Of a DNA stretch of 64,000 bases, positions 10,126 through 19,759 are shown piece by piece. The stretch's first letter is position 1, and every line of letters begins with the position of its first letter. Source of the DNA: a virus. The stretch is from IMG/VR virus record IMGVR_UViG_3300042197_000370, one strand, 5' to 3'. The notes below the pieces were generated by a model. The model was not told the DNA's origin. It did not search any database and saw nothing but the letters and a program-made list of their open reading frames with translations. The position numbers and the translations under genes are program-made.

Positions 10126-10533
10126 ATGAATGTCGCCGCTGGTATTTTCTTTTATTGCAATACAACATGTAGATATTTGTATCTGTTACGTTCAGATAAA
10201 AATCCTACTTGGAGTATACCTGGCGGAAAACTAGAAAAAGATGAAACACTATTAGAAGGTCTTGAGCGTGAGTGCTTAGAAGAAATTTCACAGTGGGACA
10301 AAAATTGGAAATTAATACCTATACAAAAATTCGTAAATGGTAATTTCACATATCATACATTTTTCTGTAGCGTCCATAAAGAATTCACACCCATACTAAA
10401 TGATGAGCATTGCGGCTATGCGTGGGTAGCAGACGAACATTATCCTAAACCATTACATCCAGGATTATTTAGTACAATTAATTTTGATGTTGTTAGAGAA
10501 AAGATGAAGTCACTAGTAGAAAAGCGGTCCTAA
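10126..10533 (+). CDS. Nudix hydrolase
   Basis: Nudix box GGKLEKDETLLEGLERECLEE. Confidence 0.9.
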   Translation: MNVAAGIFFYCNTTCRYLYLLRSDKNPTWSIPGGKLEKDETLLEGLERECLEEISQWDKNWKLIPIQKFVNGNFTYHTFFCSVHKEFTPILNDEHCGYAWVADEHYPKPLHPGLFSTINFDVVREKMKSLVEKRS

Positions 10534-10545
10534 GACCGCTTTTCT
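10518..10545. terminator. Bidirectional rho-independent terminator
   Basis: Perfect hairpin AGAAAAGCGGTC-CTAA-GACCGCTTTTCT between convergent genes, with A/T tracts on both sides. Confidence 0.85.
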
Positions 10546-10548
10546 GTT

Positions 10549-10857
10549 TTAGTTCATACCTAACATTTTGCCTATAGTTGGATAACCTAGTGCGCCAATA
10601 ACTATACCAGCGCCCATAAGCATCCATCGCCACTTCTCTAATGCAGAGATTTTATTTGCCATCTTATTATGTGCTTCAACGTTTGAATTTTGAAACTCTC
10701 TAATAAGTGAATGTGTGGCATCATTGTTTCTAGCCATGTCATCACGAATATCTTTTAATTCGGCCTTAACCTCATCAACCTTTTCGTCCAAATTCTTAAA
10801 TTGAACTTGGAGTACGGCTACTTCAGTTTCGGTTTGTTTTAATGATACTTGTGCCAT
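10549..10857 (-). CDS. Coiled-coil protein with C-terminal transmembrane segment
   Basis: Heptad-rich N-terminus, then LEKWRWMLMGAGIVIGALG (XhlA/holin-like architecture). Confidence 0.6.
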   Translation of the reverse strand: MAQVSLKQTETEVAVLQVQFKNLDEKVDEVKAELKDIRDDMARNNDATHSLIREFQNSNVEAHNKMANKISALEKWRWMLMGAGIVIGALGYPTIGKMLGMN

Positions 10858-10863
10858 GATCTA

Positions 10864-11871
10864 TTAAGCCTTATTGATAGTTACGATTGGGTATGGTTGA
10901 CCACCGTATGTATTGGCAGCATAAGCAGTATTGAACGTGCTGAATGCTGGTGAACTGTTATTGATATTATCAGTTAATGTTGCTGTTGTGCCAGATGTTG
11001 CTGTAAACAATTCTGCGGTATGGTCACTTAGTGACTGTACAAGAACTGTGGCAGCGTTAGCATATGTTCCAATAATACTCATTGTGCCAGGATACAAGTT
11101 TGCATTTGCTAAGTTTGCTGTGAAGCACGGTCCAACTAAACCAGTAGTTGTTCCTTTTACCAAATACTTCTGTTTACCTTTTTGACGTACAATGTAACCT
11201 GCTTCGCTTTCTGCGAACACAAATCCTGATGCAGTTGCATTGGCTGCTGAATTTGCATCAAATGTAGCGAATGTAGCATTTGCGTTTGCAATGTCAGTGA
11301 CATAACCTAAGAATACACCATCGATAGTTGAAACTGCCATACCGTCTGCTAATGTATTAGCAAAGTCGGTACCAACACCATCGATGTTCGGTGAACCAGT
11401 ACCTACAGTAATTGTACCTGTACCAGTTTGTGAAATTGCAACTTGGCAAAGAACTTGATTACCATAGATTGCTGTATTACCACCAACAACTGAGTATGTT
11501 GCTGTGTTGGTTGCAGGATAGCCTGCACCACTTAGTGGATTGTTGAAATATGCATCAACTGGCGCAACTGTTGCTGCGGTAGTTAATGGGCCTGCAGTAG
11601 TTAAGTTAACCTTTGCATACGTTGGGTTAGCATTCAATGGAGTTGCTGAAACAGTAAATGTACTGTTATTGCCTGCATTGAGTACTTCAAGAATCCAATA
11701 CATTGTACCTGCAGTTAAACCACCTGCGGTAGTTGCTGGTACAAAAGGCATACCTGCAATGATACCTAAGTTGGTAAAGTTTGCGTTTGTTGTGACTACT
11801 TCTGTTGTGCCGTTAGTTGCAGTAATTGTAACTACTGCTTGGGCTTTTGCGATTTTTAATGGGCGTCCCAT
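10864..11871 (-). CDS. Putative virion structural protein
   Basis: T/A/N-rich beta-type composition; strong AGGAG RBS; late promoter upstream. Confidence 0.65.
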   Translation of the reverse strand: MGRPLKIAKAQAVVTITATNGTTEVVTTNANFTNLGIIAGMPFVPATTAGGLTAGTMYWILEVLNAGNNSTFTVSATPLNANPTYAKVNLTTAGPLTTAATVAPVDAYFNNPLSGAGYPATNTATYSVVGGNTAIYGNQVLCQVAISQTGTGTITVGTGSPNIDGVGTDFANTLADGMAVSTIDGVFLGYVTDIANANATFATFDANSAANATASGFVFAESEAGYIVRQKGKQKYLVKGTTTGLVGPCFTANLANANLYPGTMSIIGTYANAATVLVQSLSDHTAELFTATSGTTATLTDNINNSSPAFSTFNTAYAANTYGGQPYPIVTINKA

Positions 11872-11884
11872 TTGTTTCTCCTAT

Positions 11885-11950
11885 GTTATGTGGGTTCTAA
11901 TCCACTACGCGGCGGGGACCGCATAAGACTCTCCCCATGAGAGTGCATAA
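11885..11950 (-). ncRNA. Candidate structured cis-regulatory leader RNA
   Basis: Three adjacent GC-rich hairpins between the late promoter and the RBS of the 10864-11871 gene; see findings. Confidence 0.4.
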
Positions 11951-11985
11951 TATATTTATCGTTTTTGCAAAAAATAAATACCTAT

Positions 11986-12939
11986 ATGAAAGTCGAATTT
12001 TACGGGTCATTTTATACTGCTGAACCGCACATTATAGGCGAATCTGAGCAGAAATTTATAGAAAAACTGAAGCAAGAAATTCTTGCTACTAGCATGTATG
12101 AGTCCAATCTTATAATAAATCTTACTTGGCTAGAACCAAACGATCCTAATTTAATACCTTGGCTTAATAGAAATGCTACACCTAAGTCTACTAAGTTATA
12201 CGTAGTAGGATTAGTTGACGGCATGCATTGGTTTACTCAAACTAAAACATTTCACGATTTACAAGAAATGAAATCTATAATAGAATTTATAGGATTTTCT
12301 CCAAACAATTGGAGAAGTTTTATACCTAGTTTAATGAATCAGTATTCTGTCGAAGAATTAGCATTAGATAACGATCCAACATACACGTATTTGGCCTACA
12401 ACAGAAAGTCTAGACCACATAGATATACAATAACAAAACTGCTTATTGACAATAATCTTATTGATAGAGGATATATAACATTTCAAAAAGGTAATTTTGA
12501 TATAATTGATCAGCGCACAGGAGAAACAGATCAACACTTACATACATCAGATTTGAGATATTCAAGACCTGAAGATTTGTTCACCTTAGGTAATATGAAT
12601 ATTTGGAAGAAAACATATTCTGTTTTAGTTTCTGAAACTGAAGTGACCGATCCATGGCAACTTAGTGAAAAGACTTGGAAGCCAATATTAGGATTGCGTC
12701 CGTACGTTCATAATGGTAATGAGCAACTATATAAAATATTACATAAATTAAATCTATATACTCCTGCAGATTTATTTAAAAATTCACAATTAAACAAGGC
12801 TGATCCATTAACTCTTATTGATCATTTTAAATGGCTAAATGAAAAAACACCACAAGAGTTATATGACTTGTGGTGTTCGCAGTACTTTATGTTAACGCAC
12901 AATAGAAATAGATTTTTAGAATTAAGCGGGCATTCCTAA
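11986..12939 (+). CDS. Glycosyltransferase-like protein (GT-B type, tentative)
   Basis: AYNRKSRPHR and VSETE...LSEKTWKPI motifs; ATG at 11986 follows ATAAATA. Confidence 0.5.
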   Translation: MKVEFYGSFYTAEPHIIGESEQKFIEKLKQEILATSMYESNLIINLTWLEPNDPNLIPWLNRNATPKSTKLYVVGLVDGMHWFTQTKTFHDLQEMKSIIEFIGFSPNNWRSFIPSLMNQYSVEELALDNDPTYTYLAYNRKSRPHRYTITKLLIDNNLIDRGYITFQKGNFDIIDQRTGETDQHLHTSDLRYSRPEDLFTLGNMNIWKKTYSVLVSETEVTDPWQLSEKTWKPILGLRPYVHNGNEQLYKILHKLNLYTPADLFKNSQLNKADPLTLIDHFKWLNEKTPQELYDLWCSQYFMLTHNRNRFLELSGHS

Positions 12940-13188
12940 ATCAGTTATTGAAAAGATACCGGTTCCGCTTACTGCAATATAAGCAATGTAATTACCTTCT
13001 CCTACAATAAAACTATTGTTTACTGTATTTGCTGGAATAATTTCACATGCTGTCAAATTTGCAGTTACGCTAGCGTTACCAACTGCAACAGCGATAGCAC
13101 TGCTGGTCGTTGATATACGAACTTTATCTGTTGTTGCTACCGCTGTTAATTGACTTGATCCACTGGGTGTATAAATTGCTGCTGCCAT
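12922..13188 (-). CDS. Small putative virion protein
   Basis: A/T/V-rich 88-aa ORF directly downstream of the fibre-like gene. Confidence 0.6.
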   Translation of the reverse strand: MAAAIYTPSGSSQLTAVATTDKVRISTTSSAIAVAVGNASVTANLTACEIIPANTVNNSFIVGEGNYIAYIAVSGTGIFSITDLGMPA

Positions 13189-13200
13189 GTTTTTATCCTA

Positions 13201-16200
13201 TTATAATCTTCCTACGGCTACTTCAATTACGCCGTCTATACCATCAAAATCTTGTAGTGCTTTTCCTATCACAGTACCAATATGAGGCGTTGTTGTAGGT
13301 CTAGCGTATCCACCGCCGCCACTTATTAGCATATCACCTTTTCTAATCTTGCCGCGAACCTTACATGGTACACGACCCTGTAGTGCTATCGCTACTGGGA
13401 ATTCACCAGGACATTTTGCATTCATAGCATATGCAGGATCGGTTGAAACAACTCCTGCTACACGATTTGTAGCATCAGTTGCTAATGTTACTTCTTCACG
13501 ACCGCCAAATTCTAGTACAGTGCCCGGACTATAATTCTCGTCAGCACTATAGTATTCTGCCAAGTCAGCATATGTTGCTTGCATTCTTGAACCACTAGTC
13601 AATGTCCAATTACCAGTTAAATAACCTAAAGTTGTATTTGCGCCAGTTGTTATATTTGTAACTGTGAATGCACTATTACCTGTTACAGAAGTTGCACCAC
13701 TAACTGTTAAACCAGTTAATGTTCCAACTGAAGTAATATTAGGTTGTGCCGCAGTTGTTACAGTGCCAGCAGTTGTTGCTGTTCCTGCTGTAGTTGCTGA
13801 AGGTACAGTACCTGTTACATTGGCTCCTGTCAATGCAGTCAATCCACTACCATTACCGGTAAATACGCCTGTGTTTGCTGTGATGTTTACACCAGTGATT
13901 GTACCATTTACACCTAAACTTGTTAGTGTGCCAACTGATGTAATGTTCGGTTGTGCTGCCGTTGTTACAGTACCGGCTGTTGTTGCACTTCCTGATACTG
14001 TGATAGTATATGTTCCGCTTAGTCTTGCGCTAGGTACAGTACCAGTTGATAAATTACTTGCATTTAAATTAGTTAAGTTTGCGCCACTGCCTGCAAACAA
14101 TGTAGAATTCAATGTACCAGTTGTTTTATCAAATGTGAATACTCCATTACCTGCTAATGTTCCTGCATCATTGAACTGAACATATGTATTAAATCCTGCA
14201 GGTGTTACATTACCTGCAACGTTTGCATAAGTGAACCCGCCACCAACTACTGCCGCCCAACCTGTTACTGCTGAACTAAATGTCAATGTTAATGCATTGG
14301 CATTTGTGTAATTGATAACTGGATAATCGTAACGACCAACAAAACTATTACCTGTATTGTCGATTGGTTCTACTGTTACATACTGATTGTTTAAATTGTG
14401 TACTACAGTCCAAACAGTGCTTCCACTAGATTGTGTATGTAAATAATAGCCGCCTGTTGGATCAGTCCAACTTAATGTGCCTGACCCATTAGTCTTTAAT
14501 ATTTGATTTGCACTACCGCCGGTAATTGTGACATTACCAATTGGTCCTAAATTACTTGTGCCAGAAACTCTTAGTGTACCAATGTTTGCATTGCCTGTAG
14601 TAATTAAATTACCGCCCGTGATTGTACCTGTTGCTGTTACTGTTGCGGCAGAGACCTCATTAGATGTTACAAGATTGCCACCAGTAACATTACCAGTTGC
14701 TACTATCAATCCAGCAGTGCCTAAGTTTCCAACGTTAGCATTACCTGTTACGCTTAATGTACCAGTCAATACACCTGATGTTGCACCAATGTTACCAACA
14801 TTAGCATTACCTGTAACACTAACGGTTCCTGTAAATACACCTGATGTTGCACCAATGTTACCAACATTAGCATTACCTGTTACGTTAGCAGTACCAGTAA
14901 TATTTGCACCCGTGTTAGTTACAACAAGTACGTTTGCAACACCGTTTGATGATATGTTTACATTTGAATTTGCAGTAACAATAACACTACTGTTACCATT
15001 TACAATCGCTGCACCGTTGGCTGCACTTGTGCCACCAACAGTAAATGAGCCACCGGATGCGTTAGTAATTACTACGCCGGCTGGACTTGATGTGATAGTT
15101 GCATTACCTAAATAAATTGTACTACCGGATAGATATAATGCATTCCATCTATTTGTTGTATTACCTAAATTGTATGTAACGTTAGCATTTGGATTTAAAT
15201 TACCTGCAACTGTTACTTGTGTACCATTACCAAAACTTGTTAAGTTCGGTTGTGCATTACTTGCAGTAGTTAATGTTCCTGTTACAAAATTTGCAGTTGC
15301 TAAGTTACCTAAGTTTGCATTTAATGATGTGATGTTTCCAGTGAACACACCTACTGTTGCACCGACGTTTCCAAAGTTAGCATTTGCAGTAACAGACAAG
15401 TTACCAGTAAGTGCTAAGTTACTTGATAGTACATTAAATGACAACGCACTGTTGACACCTAATGCTTGATTACTTGTAGAAGTGCTTGATACAAATACAG
15501 GATAGAATGTACCTGTTGTTTGCGCAGTTACTACGTTGAAATCACTCACGTTTGCATATGAAACGTTTAAGTTTGCTACACGGTCTGTACTTGATACTAC
15601 TAAAGGTGCTCCTGATCCACTAGTAATGTTTGAAAAAATTCTTGTCGCTGTTATTACACCTGTGGCGTTTAAATTACCTACGTTAGCATTGCCGTTAACT
15701 GTAAGTATCTTAGGATTTGCTCCAGTATTATTATTCCATGTAAAATCTGCGTCAGCATCTAATAAGTTGCTGTTATTGAATTGTACTGTAGAGTTTGAAC
15801 CGGCTGCGTTAGCGACACCGCTACCACCTACCGCACAAATAACTCTACCACCTGTAGCATACACATTACATGTACCACTAGCAGTAGTGAGTGTTAATTC
15901 AGTACCACCAGCAGTTAACGAAATTGTCATCTGCGTACCAGAAACAATATTCTTAACGTAGTATGTTTCACCAGCAATAATGCCACCAAACGTTGTTCCA
16001 ATAAATTTAATTGGATCGTTAGCAGTGAATGAACTAGTATCACCAACTGTTACATAATTGGTCGATGCAGTTGTATCGGTTACGCTAGTATATGCATATG
16101 CTGTGTAACCTGTACTATCTAATGCAGTTGTAAGGCTAGAGTCTGTAAATAACGCAAATGAATTAGAAGTTATAATATCAATATAGTAACTATTTCCATT

Positions 16201-16752
16201 TAATTCCGTCATACCTAAAGCATCGGTTATAGTTATTTCTGCGCCTTCTATTAAAAAGTTATTCTCGGTGGTTGTTACTACTGTTAGGTTGCCAGGCGCA
16301 CCGTTACCAATAGTAACGTTTTCAATAAATGCGATAATAGTAGATTTAGGAGTCCAACTTAGATTACCGGTTCCATCAGTCTCTAATACATAACCAATTG
16401 AGCCGCCGGTAATCTTAATATTAGATACATTACCTAATGTCAGTAAACCTCCTGCATTGCCACCACGATTGACCCAGTTATTACCATCAAAGGCAAGAAC
16501 TTGACCATTAGATCCGACCGCAGTATTTGATGTAATGCTTATGTCTAGATTTCCATAAGCACCATTAATCTGATTAAAATCGACTTCAGAATATGAAGTT
16601 AAAACTTCAATATTCTCTAACCCTTGTTCGGTTTTACCGATAAACAGGCGCTTTTCGTCAGATGCGAAACCGAATTCCGCTTCATCAAGTTGTGGAAGAT
16701 CGACTAGATTGCCTGATCGTTGTTGGATTTTTGATATCTGTACTATAGCCAT
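13201..16752 (-). CDS. Long fibre/tail-associated structural protein with internal repeats
   Basis: N-terminal LPQLDEAEFGFASDEKRLFIG (major-tropism-determinant-like head); GN/ANV repeats; C-terminal ATYADLAEYY...GVVSTDPAYAMN...GRVPCKV domain (chaperone/autocleavage-like). Confidence 0.75.
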   Translation of the reverse strand: MAIVQISKIQQRSGNLVDLPQLDEAEFGFASDEKRLFIGKTEQGLENIEVLTSYSEVDFNQINGAYGNLDISITSNTAVGSNGQVLAFDGNNWVNRGGNAGGLLTLGNVSNIKITGGSIGYVLETDGTGNLSWTPKSTIIAFIENVTIGNGAPGNLTVVTTTENNFLIEGAEITITDALGMTELNGNSYYIDIITSNSFALFTDSSLTTALDSTGYTAYAYTSVTDTTASTNYVTVGDTSSFTANDPIKFIGTTFGGIIAGETYYVKNIVSGTQMTISLTAGGTELTLTTASGTCNVYATGGRVICAVGGSGVANAAGSNSTVQFNNSNLLDADADFTWNNNTGANPKILTVNGNANVGNLNATGVITATRIFSNITSGSGAPLVVSSTDRVANLNVSYANVSDFNVVTAQTTGTFYPVFVSSTSTSNQALGVNSALSFNVLSSNLALTGNLSVTANANFGNVGATVGVFTGNITSLNANLGNLATANFVTGTLTTASNAQPNLTSFGNGTQVTVAGNLNPNANVTYNLGNTTNRWNALYLSGSTIYLGNATITSSPAGVVITNASGGSFTVGGTSAANGAAIVNGNSSVIVTANSNVNISSNGVANVLVVTNTGANITGTANVTGNANVGNIGATSGVFTGTVSVTGNANVGNIGATSGVLTGTLSVTGNANVGNLGTAGLIVATGNVTGGNLVTSNEVSAATVTATGTITGGNLITTGNANIGTLRVSGTSNLGPIGNVTITGGSANQILKTNGSGTLSWTDPTGGYYLHTQSSGSTVWTVVHNLNNQYVTVEPIDNTGNSFVGRYDYPVINYTNANALTLTFSSAVTGWAAVVGGGFTYANVAGNVTPAGFNTYVQFNDAGTLAGNGVFTFDKTTGTLNSTLFAGSGANLTNLNASNLSTGTVPSARLSGTYTITVSGSATTAGTVTTAAQPNITSVGTLTSLGVNGTITGVNITANTGVFTGNGSGLTALTGANVTGTVPSATTAGTATTAGTVTTAAQPNITSVGTLTGLTVSGATSVTGNSAFTVTNITTGANTTLGYLTGNWTLTSGSRMQATYADLAEYYSADENYSPGTVLEFGGREEVTLATDATNRVAGVVSTDPAYAMNAKCPGEFPVAIALQGRVPCKVRGKIRKGDMLISGGGGYARPTTTPHIGTVIGKALQDFDGIDGVIEVAVGRL
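14768..14880. repeat. Intragenic 66-bp-period tandem repeat with 47 identical bp
   Basis: aatacacctgatgttgcaccaatgttaccaacattagcattacctgt at 14768-14814 and 14834-14880. Confidence 0.9.
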
Positions 16753-16806
16753 AAGATGTAACTTTTAGAATATTACATCTATTTATGCTTTTTACAGATT
16801 AAAGGG

Positions 16807-17493
16807 TCATACAAATTTGCTGTAGTATTGCTCTAGTCTTTGGTACCAAACTTTGGTCCAATGATCAAATTCTGATCCTTCGACAATAAACTCTTGGTAT
16901 ACATTATCTGCGGTACACATGAAAATAACGCCCTTACGTATATCAGTTTTATACATTTCGTTATGGGCCGCTGCATATGCGGCTAATTGAATGAAATAGT
17001 CATCAATCCATTCTTTTTTCTTTAATTTGTTGCTTTGTTTATGGTCCATAATCGCAGGACTTCCGTCATGAACACCTACTAGATCAGTCGTTCCTGCATA
17101 GACCTCAGGGAAATATAGACTAACTTCTGTTCCCCAAAACTCATTACACTTACTAAGTCCCTGAGTAATGATGCTATGAGCCATTTGATGACTTTGTAGA
17201 CTGTATGGATTACTACCGGGTTCCCCCGTTGAGCCAGTCTTTACATAGTTTTCTAACCACTTGTGCATTCGTGTACCACGCCCTGCGGCTTCAGTAGTGA
17301 TTGCTTGTGCCTGTTGTTCACCTACACGCTTACGCCATTCACGCAATGCTTGTTTCTTTTCTTCTGATTTAGTTGCATCAAGTATTGTTGTTACACTTGG
17401 TACTCTGAAACCATCAGGAGTTACATATTTTCTAGAGCCGTCAATTGTTTCTTTTTTGAGTTCTAAGTAATTGAATTTATTAGGATTGTACAT
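16807..17493 (-). CDS. PD-(D/E)XK exonuclease (Cas4/RecB-like)
   Basis: PSVTTIL, RGTRMHKWLE, YAGTTDL, IMDHKQS and QLAAYA motifs; probable start MYNPNK at 17493. Confidence 0.85.
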   Translation of the reverse strand: MYNPNKFNYLELKKETIDGSRKYVTPDGFRVPSVTTILDATKSEEKKQALREWRKRVGEQQAQAITTEAAGRGTRMHKWLENYVKTGSTGEPGSNPYSLQSHQMAHSIITQGLSKCNEFWGTEVSLYFPEVYAGTTDLVGVHDGSPAIMDHKQSNKLKKKEWIDDYFIQLAAYAAAHNEMYKTDIRKGVIFMCTADNVYQEFIVEGSEFDHWTKVWYQRLEQYYSKFV

Positions 17494-18274
17494 TATTAAT
17501 TTCTTTTTGATACCATAGATTATAAGACCATACATCATGCGTAGGTGAACTGTCTATGTTTTTCACATATGTTTTTAAGTCTACATAATCACATGTTACA
17601 GGAATTATTTTTTCGAATTTCTTTAACATTGTATCGTAACAATAATTTGCTACAATTTGTTGTGCCTCTAAGCCGTCATGATTACATTCTGTTAATGGAA
17701 AACCCTTAGTCAAATGATAAAAATCTTCAATTCTGTTTTCGTCATCATGGACAGCAGAAAATAAAGTAGGATAATTATTCTTTATCATGGTTAATGATTG
17801 CTGATGATCTACCATATAACTAGTAGTGAAATAAGAAACATTATTTGCCTTAAACATATTAATGATTGATAACCAATGCATTAACTTACGGCGTTCCATA
17901 AAGTAAACACCATTAGTATCAATGTGTTCATAGATTGCACGTTCAATTGGTTCGTCACCGTAACATGCTAATGTTCTAAAATCACCTACTGTTGTACCCT
18001 TGTATTCTGCCAAATATTCTTCTCTACGTAATGCTTGAGAAAACGCTACAATAAAAAAGGGTTTTGAGTTAGTTGTTTTATTAAGATAATAATATTCAGT
18101 TGCTCGTCTGTAGATTGAATCATTACCAGAACCCATTATTCCCAAATTAACAACAGGAACGTTAAGTTTTTGTGCTAGTAATGCTGGCCAACCCTGTGTT
18201 GTTGGATCTTCTAAACCTTGACAATATGTGTAACTGCAACCTATAGTAACTAAATGTGATATTTCTAATGCCAT
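17480..18274 (-). CDS. SGNH-hydrolase-like protein (GCS variant), paralog 2
   Basis: VTIGCSYTY, NLGIMGSGNDSI and NHDG motifs; probable start at 18274. Confidence 0.6.
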   Translation of the reverse strand: MALEISHLVTIGCSYTYCQGLEDPTTQGWPALLAQKLNVPVVNLGIMGSGNDSIYRRATEYYYLNKTTNSKPFFIVAFSQALRREEYLAEYKGTTVGDFRTLACYGDEPIERAIYEHIDTNGVYFMERRKLMHWLSIINMFKANNVSYFTTSYMVDHQQSLTMIKNNYPTLFSAVHDDENRIEDFYHLTKGFPLTECNHDGLEAQQIVANYCYDTMLKKFEKIIPVTCDYVDLKTYVKNIDSSPTHDVWSYNLWYQKEINNVQS

Positions 18275-18275
18275 G

Positions 18276-18602
18276 TTATACTCTGAAACTTTCTCCGCAT
18301 CCACAACGATCTTTTTCGTTTGGATTTAAAAATTCAAAACCTTCGTTAAGGCCTTTCTTTTGATAATCCATAGTACATCCGTTTAGATATGGCAGTGATC
18401 TACCATCTATCCAAACTTTTACACCGTATGATTCATGTACGAATTGGTCACGTGTAACAGGAGCAACATCAACATATTCTAATGTGTATGCTAGACCACT
18501 GCATCCAGTAGTCTTTACTCCAACACGTATCCCTAAACCCTTACCACGTTTATCTAATTGTTGTTGTATTTTGGTTGCAGCGGTTTCTGTAAGTGATATC
18601 AT
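18276..18602 (-). CDS. iscA: IscA/HesB Fe-S cluster assembly A-type carrier
   Basis: [12 protein letters not shown] and [14 protein letters not shown] signature; start MISLTETAA at 18602. Confidence 0.93.
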   Translation of the reverse strand: MISLTETAATKIQQQLDKRGKGLGIRVGVKTTGCSGLAYTLEYVDVAPVTRDQFVHESYGVKVWIDGRSLPYLNGCTMDYQKKGLNEGFEFLNPNEKDRCGCGESFRV

Positions 18603-18654
18603 ACAAATATTTATTTGATTGAATAGTGTAACACTATTCTTAGTGAAAGTCAAA

Positions 18655-18984
18655 TTATTGGGTAGGCATTGCAGATTGTGCCATCTGCGCTACTACCTGT
18701 TTACTTTGGTCTTGTGGCATTTCAGTTGATGACGCCTGACCTTTAAACACAACCTTGTCACCTTGAATGTTAGATATAACATTTTTTAGTGGAGGTTGCT
18801 TAATCATATTATACAAGTCTTTTGGATCAAGTATGATATCATATCTTTGAAAATAATCTAATAACTTATCCAATGACCAATTAGGTTGGATTTTACCGTT
18901 ATCCAAATCCGTTTTTAATTGGTCAGTGGCTGCAACTATTTTTGTTGCTAGTGCGTTTTGTTCGTCAAATTCAAAGAGGCGCAT
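18655..18984 (-). CDS. Hypothetical protein (possible internal head protein)
   Basis: ORF track; MRLFEFDE start. Confidence 0.6.
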   Translation of the reverse strand: MRLFEFDEQNALATKIVAATDQLKTDLDNGKIQPNWSLDKLLDYFQRYDIILDPKDLYNMIKQPPLKNVISNIQGDKVVFKGQASSTEMPQDQSKQVVAQMAQSAMPTQ

Positions 18985-18987
18985 GAA

Positions 18988-19713
18988 TTACCTCTTTGCA
19001 CGACCTACCCCGCCCATTGGTGCTGCCTCAGGTTCTTCTGCAGGGGCAGCGGCTGCACCTTCATCACCTGCCATTGGAGGTATTGCTGGTTCAACTTCAG
19101 TTGCACTTGCATCTACTGAAACTTCTTCTTCACCTGGAGCAGGCATACCGCCGGCTGCCGCACCAAATGCATCAGCAGCAGGTGCACCACCTGTCAATGT
19201 ATCTCTAGCAGCCTTCATCTGTGTGAATGCTTCTTTTAATGCGGCACTTAAAGCATCTAATTGACCAGATACTAACTCGTTATAACCTTGTGCCTCAGTA
19301 ACACCAATCTCTGATTCAATGCTATCAACAAGAGCAGGAAGTTCTTTAACTTGCATTTGACCGATATCTTCAAGCATTTTCTGTACTGTGTCTACCATGT
19401 CTTGTGCGGCAAGAACAACTTGTGACTTTTCAACTTCTTCGTTCTCTACAACAATACGTGTAGGTGTTTTCATCAACTCTTGGAAGTGTTGACGTAATGC
19501 TTGTTCCATAAACACTAACTTCATGTAAGGAGCACTACCTTGATTCTTATAAAAGTCAGGTGACTTCTGTGCTTCTTGCATTAGTGAAGAAACTCTATTA
19601 AGCATTGTTTTTGTTTTAATCTTATCTAACTTTGAGGTGTTAATACTCATCTCAAAGTTTTCTTTCAATGCTGTAGTAGCATAGTTCTTGTGTTCTAAAT
19701 CTGTTAGTCTCAT
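18988..19713 (-). CDS. Hypothetical protein with acidic, A/P-rich tail (possible head protein)
   Basis: ORF track; late promoter at 19740-19746. Confidence 0.65.
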   Translation of the reverse strand: MRLTDLEHKNYATTALKENFEMSINTSKLDKIKTKTMLNRVSSLMQEAQKSPDFYKNQGSAPYMKLVFMEQALRQHFQELMKTPTRIVVENEEVEKSQVVLAAQDMVDTVQKMLEDIGQMQVKELPALVDSIESEIGVTEAQGYNELVSGQLDALSAALKEAFTQMKAARDTLTGGAPAADAFGAAAGGMPAPGEEEVSVDASATEVEPAIPPMAGDEGAAAAPAEEPEAAPMGGVGRAKR

Positions 19714-19759
19714 AGTATGTTTTTCCAGTCCTGATATAGTATTTATCTAAATCCTATAA

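Noticed and set aside
11885-11950. HDV-like/theta ribozyme or preQ1 riboswitch
   Set aside because: The UCCCCG loop resembles HDV L3 and a P2-like pairing exists, but P1 is weak, lacks G1 and starts at the predicted transcription start, and P4/J4-2 are not convincing. The preQ1-like GGTTCTA is on the other strand and has no A-rich tail.
13664-15961. Several long plus-strand ORFs (for example 14528-15115, 13664-14179, 15536-15961)
   Set aside because: These are antisense shadows of the Thr/Ala/Gly/Asn/Val-rich fibre gene; they have low-complexity V/P/T/L translations and no RBS or promoters.
16807-17493. Cas4-like nuclease as evidence of a CRISPR system
   Set aside because: Stand-alone PD-(D/E)XK exonucleases of this type are common in phages; there is no array and no other cas gene.
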